From an uncultured candidate division Zixibacteria bacterium (GTDB lineage: Bacteria > Zixibacteria > MSB-5A5 > GN15 > FEB-12), in assembly GCA_963806185.1 (NCBI GenBank), contig CAWDXE010000004.1:1-64000 (forward strand): a stretch of 64,000 nucleotides of DNA, in the 5' to 3' direction. Shown one piece after another: positions 38,760 to 48,179 of this stretch (position 1 is its first letter; each line of letters opens with the position of its first letter). The translations under genes and the position numbers were made by a program. The notes beneath the pieces were generated by a model, which was not told where the DNA came from, did not search any database, and was given only the letters and a program-made list of their open reading frames with translations.

Positions 38760-40451
38760 CTACTTGTAATGCAGTTCGACGACTGCGCGTTCACTATTTG
38801 CCTTTCTCGACGGCTTTCCCGACGAGCTCTTGATCAACCACCTCGGCGGAGCGAGATAGGCTCTATTAATGGTAATGTCGATTTCCATACCAGCGCGTAC
38901 GATGGCTCGTCGCAACGATCGATGATCCTCCGGGGACTCGAGTTTGGTCTCGGCGACTATGCACATTGACTCGGTGCCGGACTTCTCGTCTTCAACGCCA
39001 AACGCAACCACTCGTCCAGGAGTGACATGCGGAACACCCCCAATGGCATCCTCAACATCCTCCGGATAGATGTTCTTACCGGCTATGATGATGATGTCTT
39101 TTTTGCGACCAATGACATACAGTTCTCCGCCGTGGCGAAAACCGTAATCGCCGCTGAAGTACCAGCCATCCTTCATCACCGCTGCCGTCGCGGCCGGATT
39201 GTTCCGGTACTCTTCAAACAGCGAGACGGAACTGATGGCAATCTCACCCACCAAATCGTCAGCAAGGTCCAGCCCCTGGCTGTCGATAATGCGAACCTCA
39301 CATCCCGAAATCGGATGACCGGAAGAGACACACACCCGCTTGTCGCCCGACCCGACCTCAAGATTTGCCGCCCCTTTAGCAACATCCTCACGAGACACCG
39401 TCAGTTCGGTTGCGCGAACCCCTGGTGCCGTCTGGGTGACGGCAAACGTCGTCTCGGCCATCGCATAGCAAGCGGCCAGCGCATTCTCTCTGAATCCATG
39501 GTTCTCGAATCGGCGCAAGAAGCGATTGTGGCTCTCTGCCCTCACCGGTTCACTACAATTGACGAGCAGACGCAGGGATGACAGGTCGAGATCCGTTGGA
39601 ATATCCTCGTCACGAAGCTGTGTTCCCATCATGTTGTAGGCGAAATTGGGCAACCATCCGATTGTACCGTGCTCCTGAGACACAACCTCCAGGAACAGGA
39701 GGGGTGCCATGACCCACTCAAACGGGTCCAGTTGGACGAGCTGCACATTCGAGGTAATTGAGAGATAGAATGCGGCGATCAATCCCATATCATGATACAA
39801 GGGAAGCCAGCTGATGATTCTGTCCTGTTGGTCGAGATTAATCGAGGCCCCGTACCGCACGACATGTTCAAGAACCGCTCGATTGGAAAGAACTACTCCC
39901 TTCTGCATACCCGTAGTCCCCGACGAATGTTGGAGAAGACACGGACTGTCGCAGTCAGTTGGCGGCTTCCTTAGTGCCGAATCAGAGTTTCCATTTACAT
40001 ACCTCCATTCGAGAGGAAAATGCAAACCGCGAATGGTGCCACCCGCCGAAGCAACCACAGGTGAGACCACCGGTTCCAGTTCTCTCTCTGTCAAAAGCCA
40101 GTCGAGCCCGGAATGCCGGGACATCCCTTCCAGTCCCTGGCGAAACTTCTCGGGGTGTAGTCGAGCGTTTGGGTACGCCAGAACAGAAGGTATCGCCCCC
40201 AGCGCACTAATGCCGAAATACATGGGATAAAACTCGGGATGGTGGCGAATCATGAGCGCACACACATCCCCCTTCTTGACTCCAACGTCGACCAATGTTT
40301 GACGATACGCATTGGCACGCGTCATCAGCTTCTGCCAGGTCCACCGATACGGCTCGTGGCCGGCTTTGACGTGGGTGATGATGTTGCGGTCGGGATCGGC
40401 GGCGGCAAAATCCTGCCATCGATTCCAGACCGTCGAATCCGAATTGATCAT
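38760..40451 (-). CDS. Fatty acyl-AMP ligase-like adenylating enzyme
   Basis: LQHSSGTTGMQKGV, SWLPLYHDMGLI, YAMAETT, GRKKDIIIIAGKNIYPEDVE, KSSSGK; start could be 40529. Confidence 0.9.
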   Translation of the reverse strand: MINSDSTVWNRWQDFAAADPDRNIITHVKAGHEPYRWTWQKLMTRANAYRQTLVDVGVKKGDVCALMIRHHPEFYPMYFGISALGAIPSVLAYPNARLHPEKFRQGLEGMSRHSGLDWLLTERELEPVVSPVVASAGGTIRGLHFPLEWRYVNGNSDSALRKPPTDCDSPCLLQHSSGTTGMQKGVVLSNRAVLEHVVRYGASINLDQQDRIISWLPLYHDMGLIAAFYLSITSNVQLVQLDPFEWVMAPLLFLEVVSQEHGTIGWLPNFAYNMMGTQLRDEDIPTDLDLSSLRLLVNCSEPVRAESHNRFLRRFENHGFRENALAACYAMAETTFAVTQTAPGVRATELTVSREDVAKGAANLEVGSGDKRVCVSSGHPISGCEVRIIDSQGLDLADDLVGEIAISSVSLFEEYRNNPAATAAVMKDGWYFSGDYGFRHGGELYVIGRKKDIIIIAGKNIYPEDVEDAIGGVPHVTPGRVVAFGVEDEKSGTESMCIVAETKLESPEDHRSLRRAIVRAGMEIDITINRAYLAPPRWLIKSSSGKPSRKANSERAVVELHYK

Positions 40452-40571
40452 AAGGTGCAACTCGTTGGTTCTGAATAGATATTTGGGTTCAGCTTCAAAC
40501 AATATACGATACTGGACCCACAAAGGCAAATCGGCATTTTACACGGCGGGCAATAAAGACTATATTGGTGC

Positions 40572-41609
40572 ATGCCTGTCACCACAACGACCGAACTGAT
40601 GAACCAAGCCAGTCCTCAGAGTTGGCGGGCGTTTTTCCGCCGGGCTTCGGCCTGTGCTGCCATCGGCAGCGTGTGCTATCTGGGCCTGTTGTTAGCTCTT
40701 TCACACATCAATTGGCAAGGGTATTCGTTACTGACTCGGAACACGGGATACTTCGTCGATCTCGGCGGTGACACTTTTACTGCACAGCGTTTTCAAGACG
40801 CACAGAATCACCCGCCCGTCGACATTCTGTTCTGCGGGTCGTCGCGGTCCTACTTGTCTTTTGATCCGAGGCCCTTCGCCCAATCCGGCATCAGTTCTTT
40901 TGATATTGGCTCTGCCGGGCAGTCACCACTCAATACATATTTCTTGCTGAAGCATTATTATTCCCGGTTCTCGCCCAAGCTGGTCGTGCTCGAGGTGTAC
41001 TACGTGACCTTGGGGATTGACGGGTTGGAGTGCTATTATGACCTTCTCGGGAATACGATCTTCAACAGTTCAATGGCGGAAATGTGTGTAGCGGTAGGTT
41101 CGCCAAAAGGATACAACGCAACTGCGGCGGTTCTTGTTCAGCGAATTGCCACGTTCGATTTCGACATTCCGGTGCAAAGACCAACCGCTCATCGCGTCTA
41201 CGTTGGTGAAGGTTTTGTCACAACGGACGAACAGGCGAGTGATTCGGCCGTTCCGGAGCAATTGCCGGTCGTTTTGCAGGGTACGCAAGTGGAATATCTC
41301 AGAAAAGCCATCGACTGGATCAAGCACGGCGGCGGAGAGGTTGTACTCGTTATTCCTCCGTTGCCAAAGAAGGTTGGGTTTCCCGAATCCGGACTCGATC
41401 ACCCCAAGAAGATCGAGATCATAGAATATCTTGCCGAATCCCGGTCAACGCGACTTCTTGACTTCAGCGAATCCCTGAAGCTCGATCCTCATCTGCATTT
41501 TTTCGATGACAAGCACTTGAATTCCCTCGGTGCTGCAAAGTTCAGCAAAGCACTTTGCGATAGCCTCCTCGTGTTGTACCCCCGCCTACTTTCCAATACC
41601 AATCACTAA
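40572..41609 (+). CDS. Membrane-anchored SGNH-like / DltD-like periplasmic acyltransferase
   Basis: N-terminal TM helix; GSSRS block; DIGSAGQ; FFDDKHLN (DxxH); adjacent to the MBOAT cluster. Confidence 0.72.
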   Translation: MPVTTTTELMNQASPQSWRAFFRRASACAAIGSVCYLGLLLALSHINWQGYSLLTRNTGYFVDLGGDTFTAQRFQDAQNHPPVDILFCGSSRSYLSFDPRPFAQSGISSFDIGSAGQSPLNTYFLLKHYYSRFSPKLVVLEVYYVTLGIDGLECYYDLLGNTIFNSSMAEMCVAVGSPKGYNATAAVLVQRIATFDFDIPVQRPTAHRVYVGEGFVTTDEQASDSAVPEQLPVVLQGTQVEYLRKAIDWIKHGGGEVVLVIPPLPKKVGFPESGLDHPKKIEIIEYLAESRSTRLLDFSESLKLDPHLHFFDDKHLNSLGAAKFSKALCDSLLVLYPRLLSNTNH

Positions 41610-41641
41610 AATCGGGACCTGATCCCCAAAGTCGTGGCGGG

Positions 41642-41728
41642 GGAAGCGGCGCCGTGGATATCGGTGATCTGACCGCCCTCGCCGATGATGTATTCATTAC
41701 CTTCACACCGCCGGCGGGGTGTCAGTAG
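41642..41728 (+). pseudogene. Orphan relic of a dockerin C-terminal repeat
   Basis: Translates GSGAVDIGDLTALADDVFITFTPPAGCQ*, compared with GGIDIGDLTKLIDNLFITFTPLAACQ* at 36762; no in-frame start codon in the preceding gap. Confidence 0.8.
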
Positions 41729-41837
41729 ACGGTACGACGATCAGCGGAGAGAAAGTTGTTGATTGCGTTTTTGGCGCGGATGTATTATGCAATCGGACAC
41801 ACGAACGTCCGACCTCTTTTCACAATGGAGACTCAGT

Positions 41838-42047
41838 ATGAAATACGGAGCGCGCAACCGCATCACCGGCAAGGTCACGTCGATCAAAACCGGTGACGTC
41901 ATGTCGTTGGTGAAATTCGATGTCCTCGGCCCGGCGAAGATGGCCTCCGTGCTGACCGCGGAATCGGTGGAAGAGATGAGCTTGAAAGTGGGCGACGAGG
42001 TCGAATTGATCGTCAAGGCGATACATGTCTTGCCGGTGAAGAAGTAG
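41838..42047 (+). CDS. TOBE / Mop (molbindin-like) protein
   Basis: MKYGARNRITGKV...ASVLTAESVEEMSLKVGDEVELIVKA; GGAG RBS. Confidence 0.9.
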   Translation: MKYGARNRITGKVTSIKTGDVMSLVKFDVLGPAKMASVLTAESVEEMSLKVGDEVELIVKAIHVLPVKK

Positions 42048-42136
42048 CCTCAGTGGCCTTATTCCGGAATCAGGGGGGATCGTGCTCGGGCCGGCGAGAT
42101 TATGGGTGCCGGTAACCGAGTGACGAGAAAGGAAGC

Positions 42137-42766
42137 GTGCCGATGCGCATGATCTCTGGATTGATGATGGCAACCATCAGCGTGATGGTGCTTTCGGTGG
42201 TTGGCAGCGTACACGGCGAAGATACTCTGCCCAGAACCAGTGACTCCATTGATTACAACGCCGGAATCTGCTGGGACTACAATTTGGCTTACTATCTCAA
42301 AGCGGCGAAAGGCTGGCGAATGGACGACAGCGTTGCGGCCGCCAATGGCTGGAGCGCAGCCTTCTATCCGGAGAGCCTCACCGCGGCGACGAGTCCGATT
42401 ATTGTTTTCCCGGTCGCATACTTCAAAGATGACACCAACATGACCGTATACGACGTTATCGCTGCTTACGGTGAAAAGTTCGAGTCTGATCACGGCGGCT
42501 CTGTCATTTCCGACCAGCCCTCGATCACCGCTGCGGCGGGCAGTGTCGCTGAGGTGCGAAGATTTGCCAATGCTGCGGCCAAAGACTACCAGATGATCGC
42601 CTTTTACAATGTGCCGAACGGCGTGATCGCCCTTATCCTTGCGTCGCGATCAGAACAGGATTTTGATCGAAGTGTAGCTGCTTTTCGAGAAACTGCCGGC
42701 ACATATATCTTCGTCACTGATAAGACCCAAGTGCGTAACAACACGGACACCGGCAAGGGAAACTGA
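42137..42766 (+). CDS. Exported hypothetical protein
   Basis: Signal peptide; 209-aa ORF with AAGGA RBS. Confidence 0.65.
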   Translation: MPMRMISGLMMATISVMVLSVVGSVHGEDTLPRTSDSIDYNAGICWDYNLAYYLKAAKGWRMDDSVAAANGWSAAFYPESLTAATSPIIVFPVAYFKDDTNMTVYDVIAAYGEKFESDHGGSVISDQPSITAAAGSVAEVRRFANAAAKDYQMIAFYNVPNGVIALILASRSEQDFDRSVAAFRETAGTYIFVTDKTQVRNNTDTGKGN

Positions 42767-42976
42767 CTCCCGCGCCGTACGCCGACACGGCGTACATACG
42801 GGCGGATCCAGCTGTATTTTCGCATCGGGCCCCCTTGGTGACATCACTCTACTCGATGGTTGACGTCCTCTATGGTCCCGACTTCTCCGCCTGTTGTCTC
42901 CATGACCTCCCGCCCCACCGATCATCGCTCGCGTAAGCGTTGGTGTCCCAACGCAATACATGAGTTCAAATTTGTC

Positions 42977-43004
42977 TAAAGTTTGGCCCCGCTAAAGCCG
43001 AATC
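42977..43004 (+). promoter_or_regulatory. Candidate sigma28 promoter
   Basis: TAAAGTTT...GCCGAATC (TAAA-N16-GCCGA), intergenic, about 83 bp upstream of the barrel gene. Confidence 0.55.
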
Positions 43005-43087
43005 ATGGAGGAGATGGGTTGATGTACTCGGCTTTAGGCCGGTGCGTCGATTCGTCGCCTACCGCGGGTTCCTTACGTTGAAAGGAG

Positions 43088-43801
43088 ATGACCATGAAGC
43101 GATTTCTCATCACGGCGGCCCTTGTCATCTTGGTCAAAGGCGTCACGGCCTCGGCCGCCGAACATCCGGTCAATCAGAGCAGCGTTGCTCTCGGGTCCAG
43201 GCAGTTATTCACTGGGCAGGTCGTGACCGGCTATTACGGGGGTCCCGGACTGCACGTCAACGGCACGCTGGGCAATTTTGCCCAGGGATTTCCGTTTAGT
43301 GTCAGACTCGGCCTGGGCTATGCGCGCGTACCCACCGGCGACGCTCTCATGGCGCGACGCGTCTTCATTAACAATGCGACAAACGGCACGCCGAGATCTC
43401 GCGGCAAGATCTGGGATGCACGACTCGACGTCGTCTATCCAGTCAAGCTAATGTCACTTAAGCACTCCAGCGTGTTCGGCGGCGCCCGCCGTGCTTATTA
43501 CACGGCGGACTTCGAGTATATCGGCGGCGCCGAAACTTTCAACGTAAGCTCCAACCAGTGGGGCATTGGCGGCGGCATCGAAACTGCGTTTCCCCTCAGT
43601 CCTCGCCTTGACATGATCGTACTGGCCGGCGCCGACTACTACTTTCGTGCTACCATGGACGGACATGATACTTACTACAGTCCAGACGGCAAGCATGACC
43701 TCCATCCGATTGACGACTACAATTATAAGGACGCCGACAAAGCGATCGCCCAGCCGGAAGTTGAGACTCGGGTAATGTTCGGCATCGCGTACCGATTTTA
43801 A
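43088..43801 (+). CDS. Outer-membrane beta-barrel protein
   Basis: Signal peptide; amphipathic strands; C-terminal FGIAYRF beta-signal. Confidence 0.8.
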   Translation: MTMKRFLITAALVILVKGVTASAAEHPVNQSSVALGSRQLFTGQVVTGYYGGPGLHVNGTLGNFAQGFPFSVRLGLGYARVPTGDALMARRVFINNATNGTPRSRGKIWDARLDVVYPVKLMSLKHSSVFGGARRAYYTADFEYIGGAETFNVSSNQWGIGGGIETAFPLSPRLDMIVLAGADYYFRATMDGHDTYYSPDGKHDLHPIDDYNYKDADKAIAQPEVETRVMFGIAYRF

Positions 43802-43906
43802 TTCATCACCGTTCGACCCGTACTACCAATCGACATTCCCGGTCCGGGTGATGCGCATTGACCCCGCGCTTCACCCGTATCCTGGGGAGCAAATGAGTCC
43901 AAGCTT

Positions 43907-44134
43907 ATGAAGAAATCACTGCTGTTCGTCATGGGTGCTGCTATTACGGCTTCTCTGCTTGGTGGCTGCGGCGCGGCCACAACAAAAGCCTGCCGTGTCC
44001 CGATGCTGGCCGGGGCCGAGATGCAGCTCGATCGCCGGCTCAACGACGACGTGATTGCTGATCACGTATATTTCAGCAAAGAAGGGTCAAGCGGCGGCCG
44101 CTCCTTCGGCGGCGGCGGCTGCGGGTGTAACTGA
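43907..44134 (+). CDS. DUF4266 family lipoprotein
   Basis: Lipobox LLGGC; HVYFSKEGSSGG...GGGGCGCN. Confidence 0.88.
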   Translation: MKKSLLFVMGAAITASLLGGCGAATTKACRVPMLAGAEMQLDRRLNDDVIADHVYFSKEGSSGGRSFGGGGCGCN

Positions 44135-45405
44135 TGCCGGTACGTCAGCTCAAAAACGCCCTCGCTCCGCTCACGGCTACCTTGCTCGGCACTCTGCCGG
44201 CCGTTGGCGTGGCGGCCAGTCATTCGGAAACGTCCTTGTTGGTGTATTCTGAGCAGAATCGCGTCCGTGCCACCGAGGCGCTGTTCACGCTCAATCGTGA
44301 CCTGCGCAGTGGCTACAATCTCAACATGACTCTCACCTTCGACGGTCTCACCGGTGCGTCCCCGACCGGCAGTTCTCCGTCGAAACATCCGCAAACCATC
44401 ACGCGCTCCTCTGGCGGCGGGCGAATCATCACTCAGGCGGGCGAACTGCCCGTCGACGATGGTTTCACCGAGACCCGCTTCGCCGTTGACGCCATGCTGT
44501 CGCGCCGAGTCAGTGAGTCGGTCACGCTGGCCGGCGGCGGGCACGTCTCAAGCGAACATGATTACAAATCGCTGGGATTGAAAGGTGCAATCTCGAAAGA
44601 GTTCGACAACGGTCGCACGACGGCCAGCTTTTCGGCTGCCCTGTCACGCGACAAGGTCGACCCGCTCGACGGTGTTCCTGCGCCGTTCGCCGATCCAACT
44701 GTCCAACAGGAAGACGAATTCGGACGGCGACTCGATCTCGGCTCGCGCCGCAAGACCACTACCGACATGGTCGCCGGGCTCACGCGAATTGTCGGTCCCC
44801 GCACGGTTCTTCGGTTCAATTATTCTATCTCTCTTGCCAACGGGTACATGACCGATCCGTACAAGATTATCAGTGTCGTACAGCCGATGAACGCCGCAGA
44901 TCCCGGCGAACCGGTTCAGAGTCTGCATGAAAATCGTCCCGACAACCGGACCGGCCACGCCGTTTTTGGACAAATTCGAAAGGGCATTGGTCGCACCATC
45001 GCCGATCTCTCGTATCGCTACTACCTCGACAACTGGGGTGTGACATCGCACACCGCCTTCGCAGGTATTCGGCTGGATTTGCGGCGCATCGGCGCTTTCC
45101 AACCATCGGTGCGCTGGTATACACAATCAAGAGCCGACTTCTCGCGACCATTCCTCATTCAGGGTGATCCACTCCCTGATTTCGTCTCAGCGGATAACCG
45201 CCTGGCAAAATTCACGGCTTTCACGTACGGTCTCAATTACGAATTGCCGGTCAGCCCTGACTCTCGTCTCGCCATCTCGGCGGAGTGGTACAATCAGCGG
45301 GGAGACCCGAGTCCGCCGGAATCCTTCGGCCCGCTGTTGAATTTCGATCTCTTTCCGGATCTCCGAGCGTTGATGTTACGCGTCGGTCTGATACACGAGT
45401 TCTAG
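44134..45405 (+). CDS. DUF3570 family outer-membrane protein
   Basis: LVYSEQNRV, DGLTGASP, SEHDYKS, GYMTDPYK, ENRPDNR, YRYYLDNWGV, SADNRL; C-terminal F; coupled to DUF4266. Confidence 0.88.
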   Translation: MPVRQLKNALAPLTATLLGTLPAVGVAASHSETSLLVYSEQNRVRATEALFTLNRDLRSGYNLNMTLTFDGLTGASPTGSSPSKHPQTITRSSGGGRIITQAGELPVDDGFTETRFAVDAMLSRRVSESVTLAGGGHVSSEHDYKSLGLKGAISKEFDNGRTTASFSAALSRDKVDPLDGVPAPFADPTVQQEDEFGRRLDLGSRRKTTTDMVAGLTRIVGPRTVLRFNYSISLANGYMTDPYKIISVVQPMNAADPGEPVQSLHENRPDNRTGHAVFGQIRKGIGRTIADLSYRYYLDNWGVTSHTAFAGIRLDLRRIGAFQPSVRWYTQSRADFSRPFLIQGDPLPDFVSADNRLAKFTAFTYGLNYELPVSPDSRLAISAEWYNQRGDPSPPESFGPLLNFDLFPDLRALMLRVGLIHEF

Positions 45406-45418
45406 GAAGACGTCAAGA

Positions 45419-45449
45419 TTATCCGGCGGTCGCTTTGACTGCCGGATAA
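45419..45449. terminator. Inverted repeat after DUF3570 (probable terminator), overlapping the next promoter
   Basis: ttatccggcggtc-gcttt-gactgccggataa. Confidence 0.6.
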
Positions 45450-45463
45450 AATGCTATTATAGT
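45435..45463 (+). promoter_or_regulatory. sigma70-type promoter upstream of the fibre gene
   Basis: TTGACT-N17-TATAGT. Confidence 0.55.
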
Positions 45464-45813
45464 TGAAGTCCATTCCCATAATCTCCGCACGCTTTTGCCA
45501 TGAAGGTTTAGCCGACCTCCTGTAGCTCCGAGACTACATCGACTTCAGTTGAGTAGCCTAGAGGCTACACCTGGCGTGGCTTTCAACCTCACAACGGCTT
45601 GTCGCGAGCAAGTTCCTCCTGCAATCCATTGAACTATCGACAGATGAGATATTACCCGGGAGATGCGCATGCAGTTTGCGATATGTATTCGCCAGTAGGG
45701 AGATCGCGGGACCATCACACGCGCCAATGTCGACCTCCCCCCAATGCAAATTACACCCAGCGTCGGCCGGCGTTGGAATTCGTGGTGTGAAGCTACTAAA
45801 CATAGGAGGAGTA

Positions 45814-47625
45814 ATGAGAGAGCATGGTAGAACGCTGATTGTACTGATCGCGTCACTGGTTTCAATTGTGATTGCCGCGACCAGTCCGATCTTCGCAACT
45901 GCGCCCCACGGCTTTAGTTTCCAAGGGGTCATGACCGATTCGGCGGGCAATATACTGTCGAACACGGCACTAACCATTCAGTTCGCAATTTACGGCAGCG
46001 CCGTCGGGGGAAGCCCGAAATGGCAGGAATCACAGAACCTCTCTACCGGCCTCGATGGTACTATCTCAGCACTGTTGGGTGACATAGTACCAATTAACGA
46101 CAGTGTCTTTGCGGACACAGGACGCTGGTTAGGTGTGAAGGTCAGTCCGGACCCGGAAATGTCACCACGAATTCAGCTCGTGTCGACACCCTACGCCTTT
46201 CGAGTTGCCACAATTAACGGGGCGTCTGGCGGCACTATCACTGGAGCTGTCAAGGTCGATGGTCTAATCGAGTCGACCGGCGGCGGTTTCAAGTTCCCCG
46301 ATGGTACAATTCAATCGACCTCGGCGGACACGGCCTTGCTCGATCCGCGCTATGTCAAATCATCACAGACGAACTCAGTGACATCAGCCATGATTGTGGA
46401 CAATACGATTCAGTCGGCCGATCTAAGTCCGTCGATCGTCATCGGTAATGCCGACAAAGTCGATGGTTTTGATGCGGCGTCGACGCCCGGCCCCAATCGC
46501 TTGCTGGCGCTTGATGGTGGTTCGCGCCTGGTTATCACGGGTTCTCCCAGCACGGGACTGATCTACAGCGCCAATACCGCAGGACCAGGTGTGCACGGCA
46601 GATCAAGTGAGAGCGTCGGCGTTTTCGGTGAGTGTACGGGGACCGGAAATCCAGCAGCCACTGCCTACGGTGTGCGAGGATATGCCACTAATACCTTCAC
46701 CGGTGACGTCACAGGCGGAGACTTTTCAGCACAGCCCGGCGGTTCTGGTCGCCATTTTGGCATCACTGCCTGGTCCAATGCTGCGACCTCAAACAGTTCG
46801 CGCGGTGTATATTCACAAGCTACTAATACCGGTTCCGGCGATGCACTCGCTGGAGATTTCGTCGCCATGTCCGGGGGAACTGGCGGCCACGCTGGTCTTA
46901 CCGCCTATGCCGATGCCTCCAATGCAGCAGTGTCGAAGGCGTTGGTGGGATATGCCGGCAATGCTGGCTCCGGATCTGTTTGGGGGGCCGAAGTGTGGGC
47001 GAAGCCGGGAGGTAGCGGGCCGCATTATGGTATACAGGCGTATGCTGACGGTGGCTCAACGGCCTATGGCGTCTGGGCACAGGGGAATGGTGCCGCTACC
47101 AACTATGCCGGGTTTTTCAACGGCAACGTCAGCGTCATCGGAACGCTGAGCAAAGGAGGCGGTTCATTTAAGATCGATCACCCGCTCGATCCCGCCAACA
47201 AGTACCTTTACCACTCATTCGTCGAATCGCCCGACATGAAAAACATATATGATGGTATCGTCTTGACCGACGCCCAGGGGAACGCAACTGTAACTCTGCC
47301 CGACTATTTCTCTGCACTGAATACCGACTTCAGGTATCAATTGACGGTCATCGGACAATTTGCCCAGGCAATCGTCGTGAGCGAGATTGCTCAAAACCAG
47401 TTTCGGATTCGCACCAGTGTCCCGTCCGTGAAGGTATCGTGGCAAGTGACGGGCATACGGAATGATGCCTTCGCGCGCAGCCACCGCATACCCGTTGAAG
47501 AAGCAAAGCCTGTTGTCGAGCGAGGCAAATACCTCTACCCGGTAGAAATGGGACTGACCCCCAATGATGCCATCGATGATCTGCGGCCGCAGCGCACTGT
47601 CACGGGAGATCGGGGGCAAGAATGA
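45814..47625 (+). CDS. Secreted tail-fibre/adhesin-like protein
   Basis: AGGAGG RBS; signal peptide; FSFQGVMTDSAG...WQE...PRIQLVSTPYAF N-domain; G/A-rich 45-aa repeats; C-terminal FKIDHPLDPANKYLYHSFVESP domain. Confidence 0.8.
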   Translation: MREHGRTLIVLIASLVSIVIAATSPIFATAPHGFSFQGVMTDSAGNILSNTALTIQFAIYGSAVGGSPKWQESQNLSTGLDGTISALLGDIVPINDSVFADTGRWLGVKVSPDPEMSPRIQLVSTPYAFRVATINGASGGTITGAVKVDGLIESTGGGFKFPDGTIQSTSADTALLDPRYVKSSQTNSVTSAMIVDNTIQSADLSPSIVIGNADKVDGFDAASTPGPNRLLALDGGSRLVITGSPSTGLIYSANTAGPGVHGRSSESVGVFGECTGTGNPAATAYGVRGYATNTFTGDVTGGDFSAQPGGSGRHFGITAWSNAATSNSSRGVYSQATNTGSGDALAGDFVAMSGGTGGHAGLTAYADASNAAVSKALVGYAGNAGSGSVWGAEVWAKPGGSGPHYGIQAYADGGSTAYGVWAQGNGAATNYAGFFNGNVSVIGTLSKGGGSFKIDHPLDPANKYLYHSFVESPDMKNIYDGIVLTDAQGNATVTLPDYFSALNTDFRYQLTVIGQFAQAIVVSEIAQNQFRIRTSVPSVKVSWQVTGIRNDAFARSHRIPVEEAKPVVERGKYLYPVEMGLTPNDAIDDLRPQRTVTGDRGQE

Positions 47626-48158
47626 AGTCGAATTGGCGCCGGCTCGGATTGTTGATAGTAGTAGTTCTCGCTTTGGAACAGCTTCTGACCGGCATTGCCC
47701 AGGCAATCGTCAATGACGGAAAAGGGACCGGAGCAGATCCATCTATTGGCCAATCGATGGGGGCGCCCATCGCGCTGAGACGTGCTGTCGTCGCCTCAGG
47801 CGGTGGCACATGCCGCGCCTCTAGTCGCGGACTCAGTCTAACAACCGGTCAATTGGCCACCGGACAGTGCGAGTCGCCCAATGTCCATATGTCTGGAGGC
47901 TTCTGGCAAAATCCGCCCGAATCCGGCGGCTGCTGCCTCTATCTGGTTGGCAACGTTGACTGCAGTCCGGATGACGGCGTAGACATTGGCGACCTAACCG
48001 CCTTAATCAACAATCTGTTTATCACCTTCACCCCGCTTTGCTGCCCCTCTGAGGCTAACTGTGACGGTGATGCAGCTGACAACATCGATATAGGTGATCT
48101 GACTGCTCTCATCAACAATCTCTTCCTCACCTTCACTCCCCTGCCGAACTGTCGATAG
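47622..48158 (+). CDS. Small secreted protein with C-terminal dockerin-like domain
   Basis: ATGA overlap with the fibre gene; signal peptide; VVASGGG...TTGQ...GGFWQ; CC...GNVDC...DIGDLTALINNLF twice. Confidence 0.82.
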   Translation: MKSNWRRLGLLIVVVLALEQLLTGIAQAIVNDGKGTGADPSIGQSMGAPIALRRAVVASGGGTCRASSRGLSLTTGQLATGQCESPNVHMSGGFWQNPPESGGCCLYLVGNVDCSPDDGVDIGDLTALINNLFITFTPLCCPSEANCDGDAADNIDIGDLTALINNLFLTFTPLPNCR

Positions 48159-48179
48159 TAGACCATGTCGCCGCTTGAA

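Noticed and set aside
41642..41728. Dockerin relic as a DGR template repeat
   Set aside because: Differences from the coding copies are not adenine-specific and no reverse transcriptase is present
45814..47625. Prophage tail gene
   Set aside because: It has a Sec-type signal peptide and no phage structural, integrase or lysis genes are nearby
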